The notes: a model not told the origin generated them from the sequence alone. Numbered from the stretch's first letter, positions 24,461-37,982 are shown. The stretch: 64,000 nt of DNA from Lingula anatina (GCA_051362555.1 CM120647.1:18514651-18578650); one strand, 5' to 3'. Numbers and translations are program-made.

Positions 24461-25559
24461 GGTGAGCCCCAGTTTGGACGATTAATCAGCAACACTTTTC
24501 CGTATGGCCAAATTTTTTTCTCTTGCAAGCTTGTTCTTGTATTTATTTATTTATTTATTTATTTATTTATTCTAGATGTCTGTGACCAAAAGGTGTTTTC
24601 CAGATCCAAAAAATAAAAACTATAAAATATAATAGCTGCACGCTGTTAAAGAGGGTACCTGAATACCAATAAATCTCACTATTCATCACTCTGGTCTGTC
24701 TAGCTACATGTACATGACTCTGTAGGAAACCACTGTGCTAGACTCACAGAGCGTACTTTATCTTAGTCTATCCATACTTGATTACTGGGGCGCTTTTTGG
24801 TGCCCGGTAACCTGTATTAGCGTGAGTTACTGAGCTGTTGCGGGCTAGCTTTGTATTTCCAAATCCCCATCTTTTCCGATTACAGTGTACATTTGGAGTT
24901 GTATTCGGATATGTGTTAGGCCTGGAATTCATCTGCCCACGCAATCGACCAAACTTTAATTTTAACTCATGGAAAAAGACAAGACTCCTGTATTTATTTT
25001 GGCCTATGTTTCATAAATGGTACAATAACAGTCTAGTTCTTATAACTTTTTAAAACGTTTTTTTTTAATTTTGATTATTATAATAATTACTGCGTTCGAT
25101 ATCATGCACATTTCATGCACGGTACATGATTTTTGTAATGGTGGCTAACGCCACCCCGTAGATAAAATCATTTTTTATTTTTGATATATGTATGAACCAA
25201 ACGAATATTAGCCAACTGCACTTGCATTTATATATGCATTATTATGACAGCAACTATGCCGGCCCGGAATCTGTATGACCATCACAATCAATATCCAGAG
25301 TGGCATACAGCATTGTTTATACATTTTTCAAAAGTAGGCCAAACTCGCTATCCAGGTAATGCGCGTAACTAAATCCTCCAGGCCTCACCGCTGTACGCTC
25401 TGTAGAACAGAAGAGTGCTCAGTTGGTTCCTTATATCTTAATACAGGCGCCTACGAACTTCCAGCATATTAGATACCATAGTGAGAAGAAGTCTAGTGCA
25501 GTTATCTGTAACGTCTTACGCCTTACGTCTTACGTACGTCGCTCTGTGACATCACAACC

Positions 25560-26080
25560 ATGCCGGCTGGAGACGTCGAGCTCGTGACGGTAACTCGCCA
25601 CAGCACAAACTCCCCTTGGGGGTTCAATCTAGGGGGTGGCCGGGATCACGACACCCCAATGTTTATCTTGAAGGTGAGTTGGCCCTCAGTGAGACTTGTT
25701 GCAAAGCGGTTATTCATAGCAAGTATATTTGTAGATTTTCGGGGCATTTTTTTCATGATTTTTGGAAGGGGTTGGGTAAGACCCAGGAAAGCGATATTGG
25801 AGGGGAGGGGGATAAACACTGCACTTATACTATATTACCCTTATATTACTGGAGGGGGTCTTTCTTGATGTATCGAAATGGACTCTCTGAGACTGATGAG
25901 GGGGTGCTCTTTTAATAGAAGTCGTGCATTAAGATGTTGACTCTGCTGAACGGTGAAGGTTTAAGTTGGAAGCATTAACCTTTGCTGAAAGCTTGTCAAG
26001 GATTGATTTATATGGAGTGCGGCTGGCTACAGAATTCAGATGCCCATGTGAAGTGACGAAAGGGGAAAACAAGGTGGTTT

Positions 26081-26117
<37 letters not shown>

Positions 26118-29100
26118 CCTTCCCCCAAATTTTCTCTAACTCTTTCATAGTCCATCTTAAAAACATTAGTGTTAGTCAGGAACATAAGCTCGACAAGCCT
26201 TTCTTCTTATGAAACAGGTGTTTTTTATTTTATTTTGACAACTACCATAGCTTTTTCCTGGGTGAAAGTAGTCTAAAATGTTGGGTCTAAAAGATTAGAC
26301 CGTTTTTTTGGGCTTAAGTCTTTTCTGGAAGAGGCTACAGTCGGTAGGCTATGTCAAACTTTAACCGAGACTACACCCATACTTTATTAAGAACCTTCCT
26401 ACACGGCTGAATATGATTAGCATTCATCTCATCTCTACCTGTTTATATAGTGAAAACCATACAGGACTGACTTAATGCCCATTTAAACTGTTCTTTGTAC
26501 GTGCAGCCATGCAATGTAAATATATGAGTGTAAACAAGGTCAAAAGAAAACAACAGTAACTATAGCTAGTAATATATATAACACCAAAATTTTGTTGATT
26601 CATTAGCGCTCGAACCTTACAGTTATAGCTAGTAATATATATAACACCAAAATTTTGTTGATTCATTAGCGCTCGAACCTTACAGTGCTATCACTATACC
26701 GACTATACCGTGAATTAGGATATTTTTAGAGTAAGTGTTGAAATATATATGATGATTGCAAGTTGCGAAAATATATTGCGTTATAGCCTCATTTTTACTA
26801 CTCAAAGTCTTCCCCCTTCATTTGTGCAGAAAAGTACTACATGTACCCAGGTCTGTTATTTATACCAATATGCATATCTGCTATCGAAATCCATGTATAT
26901 GTCATTGGTATTCATGACGACAGTTACATCGCTAAGCGGATTGACCTCACGCTCAGAGGTCAACGGCGCGAGTCCTTACACCCATTACAGGTAAACTATA
27001 TGACATTAGGTTGACATTATAAACCCTACAGACAAACGAATAATATATTAACCTAAGGCTGATCCACACATAATATTTGTCAAGGCGCTGTAGGCTACTG
27101 TGTAAGGCATTCATGGGCTTTGGGTCGTATTTCACATGATATGTTTTGTTCGAAAAGTATAGTTCTCTGCCGAATGAATAAACTAGAATTGCATTAGTCT
27201 AAAAATACGCACTGACACATTCCAATGTTATTTCTCATTCTGATCCCCCCCTACACCCCCCCCCCCCCCCCCACAAAATGACTTAAATGACACAATAGTG
27301 TGAAAAAACACTCACACCGTTTGCATCAGCCATCATAAAAATAAAAATAAAAAAATAAAAACAATAATAGCGCTCTTGCACATACATGTGGTTTGGCTTA
27401 TCACATATATGTTTCAGTTCTTCTCTGAAAATTAAAAAAATAATAATAATAGCCCCCTCCCCCCCTCCCCCTCTCGTAAAGGTACATTTTGTGTTTTTAT
27501 CCCCCTTCAATGTGAGAGTTATTCGGGAAAAGTCTCGGGGTGTTGGTAAAAGAGATTGACCCCTGAAACTCAGGACCATATTTCAGCTTCTCGGTACGTA
27601 ATATGTATATGTGACAGGAATGTCACGCCTGGCTTGAACGGGTTATGAAAACAAAACTGCTTGTCTCTGTAACCTTGCATGACTCAAAATATTTTTACCC
27701 GTAACGTCTAAAAAGCTTTTAATCGGGAAATGAAATAAATGGAAAACAGAGGTTTCATTTCATTTCATTTATTTATTTTATTTATTATTTGATTATTTAT
27801 TTATTCATTTATTTATTTATTGGGAAATATTACCAGAGGAAATAACGGGAGAAATTCACTAGCCTAGCACCTGAAAACTCCTCGTCGTCTGCGGGAGTAG
27901 GGTGCAGGTGGCTTACCTGTGACGTCATTTCCATCTTCCAGAGGTATCACTTACACGTTGCCATTTACGGATACTCTCTTAGTGTTTTGGTACAGGGTGT
28001 GCGGAAGTATCATTTATCTAATGAAAATAAAGGATTCCAGGTGCGATAACACTCGACACTGCTTGTGTGTTGAGCACATCATGTGTAGCTCAACTAACAC
28101 ACTCGGTTGAAACCATTTGTAATACTAATATTCCGACTTTGAGAGCTGTTCTTGTTGTCTGGAACTTGTTGTTGACTAAAGATAGGAGAAAGGCAGATTT
28201 TTTTATTGTCTGACTAAGACTTCGCCAGCCCCCCCCCCCCCCCCCCCCCAAGTGGATCATTTTATTTATTTATTTATTTATTTATTTAAAGGCATAACAA
28301 TGGTTTTCTTGTTATCAGACCAGCAGGTACAGTATGGTTTTTATTGGACTATTACTTATTTATATTGGGTCAAAGTGGACTTTAAACTTTTGGTTTTACA
28401 GTTGAGATGAATTTACTGGTTAAGGCTCATTTTTGAAACTTCTCTGTTCTACAGTCTTTAAGGTCCTGTTGGACATATGGACATCCGGTAGAATTCCCAT
28501 AGAGTCTCGTAGAGTCTTATAGGATTCAATAAAGTCCAATAGTACGTCCTACAGGACATTATCGGAAGGGACATCTACTTGTGACTTACACTTACAGGAC
28601 CGCTGTGGTTACATGTATGTCTACCTTTTCCTCCCCAGTGTTTCCCGGGCAGTCCGGCGTTCAAGGCGGGATTAAGAGACGGGGACGGCGTTCTGCAGTT
28701 GAACAGAATCCCCACGGCTAACTTGACACTGTCTGCGGCCAAGGCGGAGGTGGCTCGCACTGGGACCACCATTGATATCGCAGTGCAGAGGTAAGAGAGC
28801 GCGCTCTAAATGTGCACGCCTTCAATGACGAGCTAAAACAGCGCCGCTATGCGTTTGTTTTGAAAGGTTTCCATAAGAGATCATTTGTGTTTGAAAGTTA
28901 AGCAAATCCTCCAAGTTGTTTTAATTTGTTTTTATAACTATAATGTAAAGGTTAATCATATGTTATTATTTTTTGCCTCGGAATTTCAATCAGTTTATAT
29001 AAAAGGCATTGCGATTTTATGGATGGCCATTGTACTATTGTAAAACTTATTATAATGATAATCATCACCATTAATAATAATTATTATTATGATAATCATT

Positions 29101-29936
29101 GACATTAATAATAATAATTATAATGATAATCATTAACATTCATAATAAACTAGTCACAAAAATATTTTGCAACTGCAGGGAAATGATCGACCCCAGGGCC
29201 ACGGGTCTATCCTCGGACGAGAGGGTCGAGATCGTAGAAGAACCCTGCGCCAAGTTTGGCGAGGGGCCGGACCCGACTCTCGCCAAGGTGACGCCAAAGA
29301 CGTACAAGATTATTGAGGACACGGAGAAACAAGGTTTGTTATTGTTTAACGTTAACAATATGCATTATATCATTTATGTATTTATGCATAAAAATTATTG
29401 GAAAGGTCAAAATTTGCACTCAGAACCGTCCAGGAACTTAAGATCTGTTAACCCATTTTTTAAACTCTTGCATTCTAATTTTTACCATCGCGAGTTTATC
29501 AATGGCGGATTCAGCGGGAAGCCGTCACGTGGCCCCTACTTGGTTTCGGGGTAAACCCTTTGTATCCATAAAAACTCTACAAAAACTCTGTGACAAAACC
29601 AGGTAATTTCTGCCATTATTTTGCCCAACATGGCACAGCAGATTTGTCCTCATCTTCTCATTAATGTTAATTCCCATCCTTGCTCCCCTGCCCCCCTTTC
29701 TCCCCTAGCTAAATATTGGATCCATATTTATCATTCCTAATTTACTGCACATATTTTTCTGTCAACCATTTGCGTACAGATCATTGATTGATTATTTTAT
29801 GAGATGATCAATTTGTTCTTATTCTTCTTCAGCTGCCGGCCCAGCACCATCTGTGTTTGCCAAAAGGAAAGCAGATCGGTCCAAGTACACTCAATGCAAA
29901 GGTACCACCATTCAGAAGGCATACGGAGAGTCATAA
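25560..29936 (+). CDS. Small PDZ-domain protein (PDLIM/ZASP-type N-terminal PDZ, no LIM), 174 aa
   Basis: Exons 25560-25673, 28639-28790, 29179-29333 and 29833-29936, all GT-AG and phase-compatible (0,2,1). PWGFNLGGGRDHDTPMFILK-CFPGSPAFKAGLRDGDGVLQLN is the PDLIM-type PDZ signature; ends QKAYGES*. Confidence 0.88.
26561..26686. repeat. 63-bp tandem duplication in PDZ-gene intron 1
   Basis: TATAGCTAGTAATATATATAACACCAAAATTTTGTTGATTCATTAGCGCTCGAACCTTACAG occurs twice. Confidence 0.9.
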
Positions 29937-32237
29937 TATAATGACTAGACAGAAAAAAAAACGACGAGAAACACTTAACAGCAAAAGATGGGGAAAAAAA
30001 CACTATGAAGACATAAACGATTGAAAATATACCAAGCGTTGAAAAATTCACAGTTTTACTATCATGTTGAAGATTTTATTGGTGAACTTCAATACTCAAG
30101 GACGCCATCTTGATGTGATATACTGGTACTGTACTTGTAGTTTGACCTATCGTCTGCTCTTGCTCTGTGTAGGCTTCAGCAAACTACAGGGACTTCTATC
30201 TTCCGTATGACGTCACATGATGTATGACGTAAGCTGCCCAATCCTGAGGTCACAAGAGATAGCGGAAGATCTGCAGCTTGGTTCATCAAAGCTTGTCGCA
30301 CTAATATTTGGGAAGGGTGCTGGGGGGGGGGGGTTACGTATACCAATGTAAGTTATAAGAGTAGCTATATCGTTGATGATGTGTTACACATTCTGATTTC
30401 AAAACAAAAATGTGCCACACTTTGAGGTTCATTATATTTACCTATGGTGATGTTAAATTGAAAATCAAATATGTTAACTCGAATATGCACGGTTTACGAC
30501 ATACCGTCAGTACCACGATTTGACGCACTTTGTTCCTTTTAATGTTCGATTGTCATTTGTATTATTGTTCATTGAAATCATTAAAGACGTTCAACCTTTT
30601 TGGAAGAATAGTAATAATTTTTTTACCATTGCAGAAACAAATCGACTCTTCTCTTATACATGCAGTTTGGTAATTATGAAGTTGAATATTCTAAACAAAA
30701 TTAACAAAGCTTTGACAATTGTCAAGAAAAAAGCAAAGCAAATTGAGCCGATTGATTTACAAACTATTGCAAAAATATAAATCTATATTTTAAAGGTCTG
30801 TAATTGTTGGCCTCATATCCCTCTCTTTGCAACTTTGAGAACCGTGACGTAGTTTGTTAAAAAAAAAAGGCATACACTCTCGTGACAAACTTCCGCAAAT
30901 TTTAATCGTCTGCCTGTTGCTCGCCTCGATAAAGTCTTGTAAAATATAAAATATCAAAATTTATAAATCTGCAAGACGCAAGGTAACAAAAACCTGGCAT
31001 CTTGAAAAATGCTCTTTTTGTGAATATTGCGGCTGCAGTATTACAACCATTACATTTCCGTGACAACGAAAGTGAAAATAATAAGAAATATCTTGTCTTC
31101 AAGATCGGGATTAGCTGAACGGACGAAAATTGATCTGACAACACCTCACTGCCTTTTCTCACGTGTAGAACCAAAGCTTGGATATTACGCACTTGAACCC
31201 CCAAAGCATTACAAATGGCCAGTCGTTAAACTTTGTTTTACTTCCCTTAATGTGTGTAAGTTTATGTGAACGCCTTTATAAAACGCATTATAATCATTGC
31301 ATGGTTAGATGTGCATCCAACGTGTTATCATTTGGCTATTAGATTTTTCCAGTGGAACGGATTCCCCCAACTTAATATGAATACCAGAGCGAAAAAAGCT
31401 GAAGATAGTTTGGGTACACTTTATAGAAAGAAAGTAATGACTGGTTACAGACCACAAAATATTTAATTACAGTGGAGTATTACCAATTCAAGTAGGCGAA
31501 ATTTCTGGTCTGACACTTCAGAATACGGCCCCAGACAAATTATTACTTCGGCAATATTTTTGTTTATTTTTAACAAACACATATATACATATTACACCCG
31601 TCATATGTTTAATATTATTTTGAATTGTAACGGCAGTTTTTATTTTTACAAGATTTTCTTATAATGTTTATGGTCACCAACTCTGTTTTCCGATTTTTTA
31701 TCGTTACGTAACTCATTTATTGATGTTGTATGGCGCCACGCTGTATGAAACACGAAAGGAGGCTTTTAAAAATTGAGAACAATGCGTTTTGTCTAAATCA
31801 GTTCGGGATAAGTATGTACTAGTTCAAGAAACAGAGAAATCATTAGTGTACAAAACTATTCTTTTTCAATATATTGCATTCGAGTCTCTCGTCTTGTCTC
31901 GCCAGAATTCGTGAGCATTGTTTAGCTTGATTGGGGCAAGTACTGTATATGGATTAAAATGTCTATAGAGATGTCGTTCATCAAAGGTGAAGGTGCATAT
32001 CCTAAACAAAGTAATAAATTATAAGCAAAATTAGCGGGCTGAATTGCAAATTGTCACTAGAATTGTAAATAGATTTGTTATTTAGAGAAGATGTGCATTG
32101 ACAAATTGTCGCTAGAATTAATTCTACAATATTGTGAGAATGTTTGGAGAAGATGTGCAATGGTATTCTTCACGTCGTATCCCCCTCTTTCCAAGTTTGA
32201 GGACGGTGACGTGGTATGGAGTAATACGCATGCGCGA

Positions 32238-33426
32238 TCAGCCCTTAAGAACTGCGTAACAAGAACAGCAATGGGAGATGCAGACTTCCTTTACAACAAG
32301 TTCCCGAGAATAGTTGCATCGGAGAAGGACCTTCCTCTTAACGCATTTATCAGGTCTGCATATACCCTCCGATCCTTGAGCGTCCCAACAATTTCTGTAA
32401 CAAAGGAGGTTGATTGAAGAATTGTTATAAAAAGTTATTGGTTTCTTTAAAGTCTAGATGCTCTTTTACATGTACCTATTACCCACGACTAGTATTCTCT
32501 TAAAAACTATTTACCAATTCTACTTTTAGCCTCTTTACACAATGAAAAAATGAAACACTTATTTCATCGAATCTTCGAAAAAATGAATATATAAATAAAT
32601 CAACACGAGACGTGTTCACGCATGTCTCCAGTTTGTTTATTTATTTATTGTTAATTGTGTAGGCCTATAAGTGCTCCACATAGTTGAGCTCTCTGGATAC
32701 CACACGTACGATATATATATATCACGTGACCCTGTATTATTATTAAAGGGAAAAAATATTCCATATTAAATATATATAGCTTCCAATTTTTTTTCGATTC
32801 AAACTGCTTGCATTTATTGATTTATTATGTGTCGTAAATTAAATGTGTTGCCCTAATTTATTCATCGTATATCTTACAAATGTATGTACATAAGACCATC
32901 AAGTGTCCCAGCAACGTGGTGCACGTCTTAAAAATCTTGAACATTTTTCCCCAATGTTGAGTACTAAATATATGTATAATATAATATGTCAGACATCTAC
33001 TTACCACATAGGGTAAACTCCATACTTTATCAGCAGGTTACTGAAAAAAATATATATCCATTTCTTATAATGACAACGATATATGTAACAGTAATGGTGT
33101 GTCCATTATATTGATAACGATAAGTAATAAGGTAATCCTCTATACCTCACATGACTATCACGTGACCCTGTAATAAGACCGAGAGGGTTTTTTAATTAAC
33201 ATACATAGGAGAGGAATTTTAAATAAACCGAAAGCTAAAATTGACGAACAATTCGTTGAATATATATATAGGGTGAATACATAGGCCCTTTTGTTCACAA
33301 ATAAGATTTCATTCATTTATCAAATGGATCAATATTTACATTCAAGATGATCTGTGGAGATACATTTTCTCATCCTTCTTTCTGTCTTATCATTTACATT
33401 TCTTATTTATGCCCCCCCCCCTCCTC

Positions 33427-33480
<54 letters not shown>

Positions 33481-34525
33481 GGTAATAGATATTTAGAGAA
33501 AACTCACTAGCAGTCCTTGCTCAAGTCAATGTCTGGACACTGGGTATAACAGGCGACCACTGCCGCTAGTAGTACCACAAGCACAGAGAATGTCTGAAAT
33601 AAATGGAAGGAAATGCTGGTCACAAATAAAAAATGACTGAATAAATAAATAAATTAATTAATTAATAGATAGATAGATAAACTTCGAAAAGTGGATTTTG
33701 CGGTATTGCGACTTTCTTGCAATGCATAAACCCTCTACCAGGGTCAAAGGTTGATTTTTCACATGATATTCACCTCCGCCAAGGAGGTTATGTTTTCACC
33801 CCTGTCTGTCTGTCTGTCTGTTTGTTTGTTTGTCATCAACATAACTCAAAAAGTTATGGACCGATTTTGATGAAATTTTCAGGGTAGGTGGGAAATGGGT
33901 TATCTTAGAAGTGATTAGTTTTTGGTGGTGATCCGGATTAATTATCAACCTATAATCAATAACAATCAAAATACACTGCCTTGGCGGAGGTCTGCGCTCT
34001 CGGAGTGCTTTTCTAGTTACAATATATTTTCCCCTGGAAAAAATGCAAATTTGGCCCAATAAGGACAGTTAACTTGTCGAAAAAGGTGGAGAATAATAGA
34101 AAACGCTTTTAGATTCTTTGTGAAACACATTTTAGGCGGATAGAGATCTTGACCATTTCGCGAAAAAGATCGGTTCCAGACTTGCGTCCTTCATTAAATT
34201 GGTCCTACTGCTCGGCAATGAGATTTTGTTTTCGGAGATTTTGGTGCTGAATAACTCATTTTGTTTTATTTAAACTGCCATCAAATTGTTACTATCCATC
34301 TAATAGGTGTTTAAAATCATTCCCACGCTCTATTTAATTCATCAATGGTTACCGATTCACTAAGTTACATCTGATCCTAATTTAACCTTCTTGTTTTACC
34401 TTTATTGATCATTATTATTGTTGTTGTTTCAGCAACATTGTTATGTTGTAATTTTTTTTTTTTGGTGAACTAATTAAGAATTTGCATCCCCAGAAAATAA
34501 TTAATATCTTGTTCCTTACCTTCAT
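32238..34525 (-). CDS. Putative small secreted cysteine-rich peptide (~93 aa), 4 exons; the exon 3/4 junction is ambiguous
   Basis: Exons 34525-34520 (ATGAAG|gtaagg), 33593-33508 (atttcag|...TA|gtgagt), 33040-33008 or 33005 (tttttcag|) and 32394-32238 (tttgttacag|). Translation MKTFSVLVVLLAAVVACYTQCPDIDLSKDCYNLLIKYGVYP(I)NCWDAQGSEGICRPDKCVKRKVLLRCNYSRELVVKEVCISHCCSCYAVLKG*. Confidence 0.65.
33769..34016 (+). mobile_element. Short non-autonomous Helentron-type element (HINE family 3)
   Basis: subTIRs ACCTCCGCCAAGG / CCTTGGCGGAGGT, (GTCT/GTTT)n microsatellite, 3' hairpin GCGCTC-TCG-GAGTGC, end TTTTCTAG|TT; other copies at 56722 and 15101. Confidence 0.85.
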
Positions 34526-34609
34526 CGTCAATGTCGCTTGCTTCTTGAGTAGAGAAGATATTGCGTCTGTCGCAGCGGTTATATTATGAGCGGTGTTCTG
34601 ATCACGGCG

Positions 34610-34617
34610 TTTATATA
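34610..34617 (-). promoter_or_regulatory. TATA box of the minus-strand secreted-peptide gene
   Basis: GCTATATAAACGCC on the minus strand about 85 bp upstream of the ATG. Confidence 0.55.
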
Positions 34618-34955
34618 GCAACGCCGGGGAACCTAATCCAAGGACGCAACAGGCCAATTTGCATTGCGTGACGGTTGACCGACCTGTCTGTTTCAATTAT
34701 CAATGACTTATGAAGCTGTGAACTTAGTAACTTCGGACATTTGTGGCTTAATTTAACTTCACAGACGAAAACAAGTTGAGTGGAGATATTTTATGCACGT
34801 ACCACAATCTGATCATTGCGAGAAGGGAGAGGGTGGCCGTGGCAGAGTTCACATTAGACATCTTGAGTTGGCATCTATATCGATTCAAATGCCATAGATG
34901 GGCCTTATTGTCTGCATGCTTCCATGTCTTGAAGAGAGAGAGAGAGAGAGAATAA

Positions 34956-35170
34956 GGCTGTATTCCCAGAGCTTTTAGATCGATCTATCCCCGCGGGGAG
35001 TCTCACTAGATTACTGTCAGATAATCCGGCTTAAATGTCCGTCCCGCCTAATACAAGCTGTAAGGGGGTAATTAACTTTCGTGTCCGCCCGGCTGACAGC
35101 TATTTAGCGTGAACCCCTAGGGAGTTAGGTCGATCTAAAGTAGATCGATCTAATCTCTGGAAATGGGGTC
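34956..35170. mobile_element. PIF/Harbinger-like MITE (215 bp), second copy
   Basis: TAA on both flanks; TIR ATTCCCAGAG...TAGATCGATCTA; core homologous to 16968-17182 in the opposite orientation. Confidence 0.75.
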
Positions 35171-35650
35171 TAAGAATCATATGGCATGCGCCTTAATGCT
35201 TTGGGTTAGAGGGGTGTGCATCCTGACCCATTGTAATTCAGACTTGTGTTATTTGTCAGGATGTCCAGTGGAGTTACTGGAGTTATCTTTGCTGAGTGTG
35301 AACGCGGCGAATTAGCTGACAATGTCACTTTAGATACGCTGTCCGTCGCGTATCAGCTGGCGTTTGTCGCTATCAGATTTCTGGGAACAGAAAAAGGAAA
35401 TATATTGCTATTTATTTCTTAAGCGTATTGTAAACAATCTAACTCGTTAGATGTGAAAACCAGTTCATAGACACGGAGGAGATAGGAAAATGATTAGAGG
35501 AATTTCATTTTAATGAATGGTGCGGGTTTTTTTATTTATTTATTTATTTATTTCCACAGAAAGCCGTACATGGGGGTGAACCAATGTACAAACTGGAGTA
35601 CAAAACAGTAGCAAGAACACTGGGACAATTTTGGTTGATAAGCTGGCTGG

Positions 35651-35698
<48 letters not shown>

Positions 35699-36905
35699 AC
35701 TGACCTGTGTATAATTTTAATGTAAATTATGTTCAAGAGGAGGAAATGTGACATCTTTATTGTAAACAACGAGAAGGAAGAGAACTGCTTCGTTAACATA
35801 AAATAATAATAAAATTCTAGTCAAGAATTTTGAGAATCTGAAAATTATTCAACCGTGACTTATTCCAGTCTGTTTTCTCTCCAATTTTGACATCATTCCG
35901 CCTAATTGTAGTCATCTACTGTAAATTCGAAGAACCGATCTAAAATCTCGTGGTCTCTGTTTTTTCAAGATGGACTTTCCGCTTACAGACCGCAAACAGA
36001 TTGTGTTTATATATTTATTTTTGCTGTTGCTGAAATTCCTTTTTTTTTGTTAAAGCGACAACTTCTTGGCCTTTTTCACTCTATTTAAACGAATTTTGCT
36101 TGTTTTTGCGGGTTTTTTTATCATGCATATTTGAGGTATAGTTAAGAAATCTTATTATCGCCTTATTTTCATTAAAACATATTCTTTTCCTTTAAGTATC
36201 AGACTGCGTTGATCACTGCGGTAACACTTTTGAAAGCTGTGCAAAAGAAAAGGAGGAAGAAAAAAGCGTTGAATAAACATCGCTCGGACGAGGGACAAGA
36301 GAGACAGAGACATCGCGCGATGCAACCGAGCCCTATTTTGACTGAATTTCAAGACGTTTAAGTTGAAAATATGCAAGTTTAATGGAATTTCAGGCTCAAT
36401 TGAGGAAGAAGTGGCTTGTTTATGTACACATTATTTGAAGTCACAAAGGAAATGCTATGCTAATTTTACAGTATAAAATACCATCCCGTTATAACAGCTG
36501 TACCCTGTGGCTACACGCACTGCGTACCTGTCTTTGGGATCCCAACGAAACTATCTAGGGCGGATCCAGGATTATTTGAAGGGGGGGGGGGGGAGACGCA
36601 AAGCTGAAGGGACCCAATATTTTTTGTATTTTAGAGGACGAACTGTGCCATTTGATACTGTTTAGAGTATGATTCAGCTAATCAAAATTTTAATTTCAAG
36701 AGGGGACCATTAGTGTCTTTTCTTTTTCAGAAATCGAAGGGGGGTCAAGAGGGTTTTCTTGATTTGCCTGTGTCTCATCTGTGAGGTTTCATTAAAAACA
36801 AAACTTGAGGCATGGTATAATCATTAATTTAATTAATTCACATTTTACCCTGGATAATGAATTCATTCATAAACTAAAATAAAGACAATTATAACAATTG
36901 TGAAG

Positions 36906-36910
36906 AAAAA
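36906..36910 (-). terminator. Pol III T-tract terminator of tRNA-Trp
   Basis: TTTTT 5 nt downstream of the tRNA 3' end on the minus strand. Confidence 0.8.
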
Positions 36911-36915
36911 GGACT

Positions 36916-36987
36916 TGACCCCGACGTGACTTGAACACGCAACCTTCTGATCTGGAGTCAGACGCGCTACCGTTGCGCCACGGAGTC
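36916..36987 (-). tRNA. trnW-CCA: tRNA-Trp (CCA)
   Basis: GACTCCGTGGCGCAACGGTAGCGCGTCTGACTCCAGATCAGAAGGTTGCGTGTTCAAGTCACGTCGGGGTCA: 72 nt, cloverleaf stems, A/B boxes, anticodon CCA. Confidence 0.97.
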
Positions 36988-37334
36988 CACGTGCACTATG
37001 TAGATAGGGGACCGCTCACACTGCTGTGTATTTCCGTAACGTGTGATGAAACTGCACATCCATCATAATGCAGTGAGATCATTATCTACAGAATACAGGT
37101 AGACATTGAGAGAGTGACAAATTATATAGAATGGATAATCAGGTCCAAGCGCCTTTTGTTTGTCCACATCACACCACCTGTATCTTCGTTTTAATGAAGA
37201 TACCCAAGGGTCCAATGAATGTTGCTTGTGCTTCTTAAATTACCACAGGTATTAAAATCATAAACGGCATTGTAAATGCAGATAAAGTGGGGAAGGGGGG
37301 GGGATCATTAAATACAATTTGGATTTATCTATTA

Positions 37335-37982
37335 GGGGAGACCGGGGCTAGTTGGACAAAGGGGTAAGTTGGCCCTTTGTTAATTTTTGGAGAAGTACCT
37401 AAGAGATATAAAAAACTGATCACATACTGTAATTATGTAAAGTGACCATATCCCTCAGAACCAAGAAAGCATCGATCGCTAAAATGGTTTTACTTGAACG
37501 GTCAGCCCAAATTAAAGAGCTCTGCATCTGAACAGGGCTTTTAGACCCTGTATTTTGTAATGATCTTTCGACACAAATTCAAAATATAAAGGAAACGGAT
37601 CAAAACAGTATATATACCCCCCCACCCAGTATCTGCGTCATGTGGACTACAAATTCAGCAAAGACTCACAATCAATTGCAATTGAAATACATTCATGGCG
37701 TTTACATGGATTGCCACATTATCAACGTAATCCGGCATAGGGCAAAATGGCCAACCTGACAGCGTTTTTATTTTATTTTATTTTATTTTATTTTATTTTA
37801 TTTTATTTTTTTGGTCAAATTATGAGTGATGTGGCATTACATTTTCAAAGCAATGACGCTAAATATGCACAGTGTAGATAAATCTTTGTCGCTCGTTCTA
37901 GAACCGAGTTTGTTGCTCTCGTTTTGATTTGGTTTCACAAGGCCAGGAGTATCTACCTGGGTCATACCTCCCCAGTCTCCCC
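37335..37982. mobile_element. pogo/Tc1-mariner-like MITE
   Basis: TA|GGGGAGACCGGGG ... CCCCAGTCTCCCC (13-bp TIR, 1 mismatch); right TSD degenerate; no coding capacity seen. Confidence 0.55.

Noticed and set aside
32170-32215. Hairpin CACGTC...GACGTG just after the peptide stop as a SECIS
   Set aside because: Lacks the 5' RUGA of the SECIS core.
32091-32417. 108-aa plus-strand ORF
   Set aside because: Antisense to the Cys-rich last exon of the minus-strand gene; no splice or domain support.
36555-36775. GGCGGATCCAGG...G-run segment as a MITE (similar at 2620 and 29500)
   Set aside because: Probably transposon-derived, but the ends and TSD are too degraded to define.
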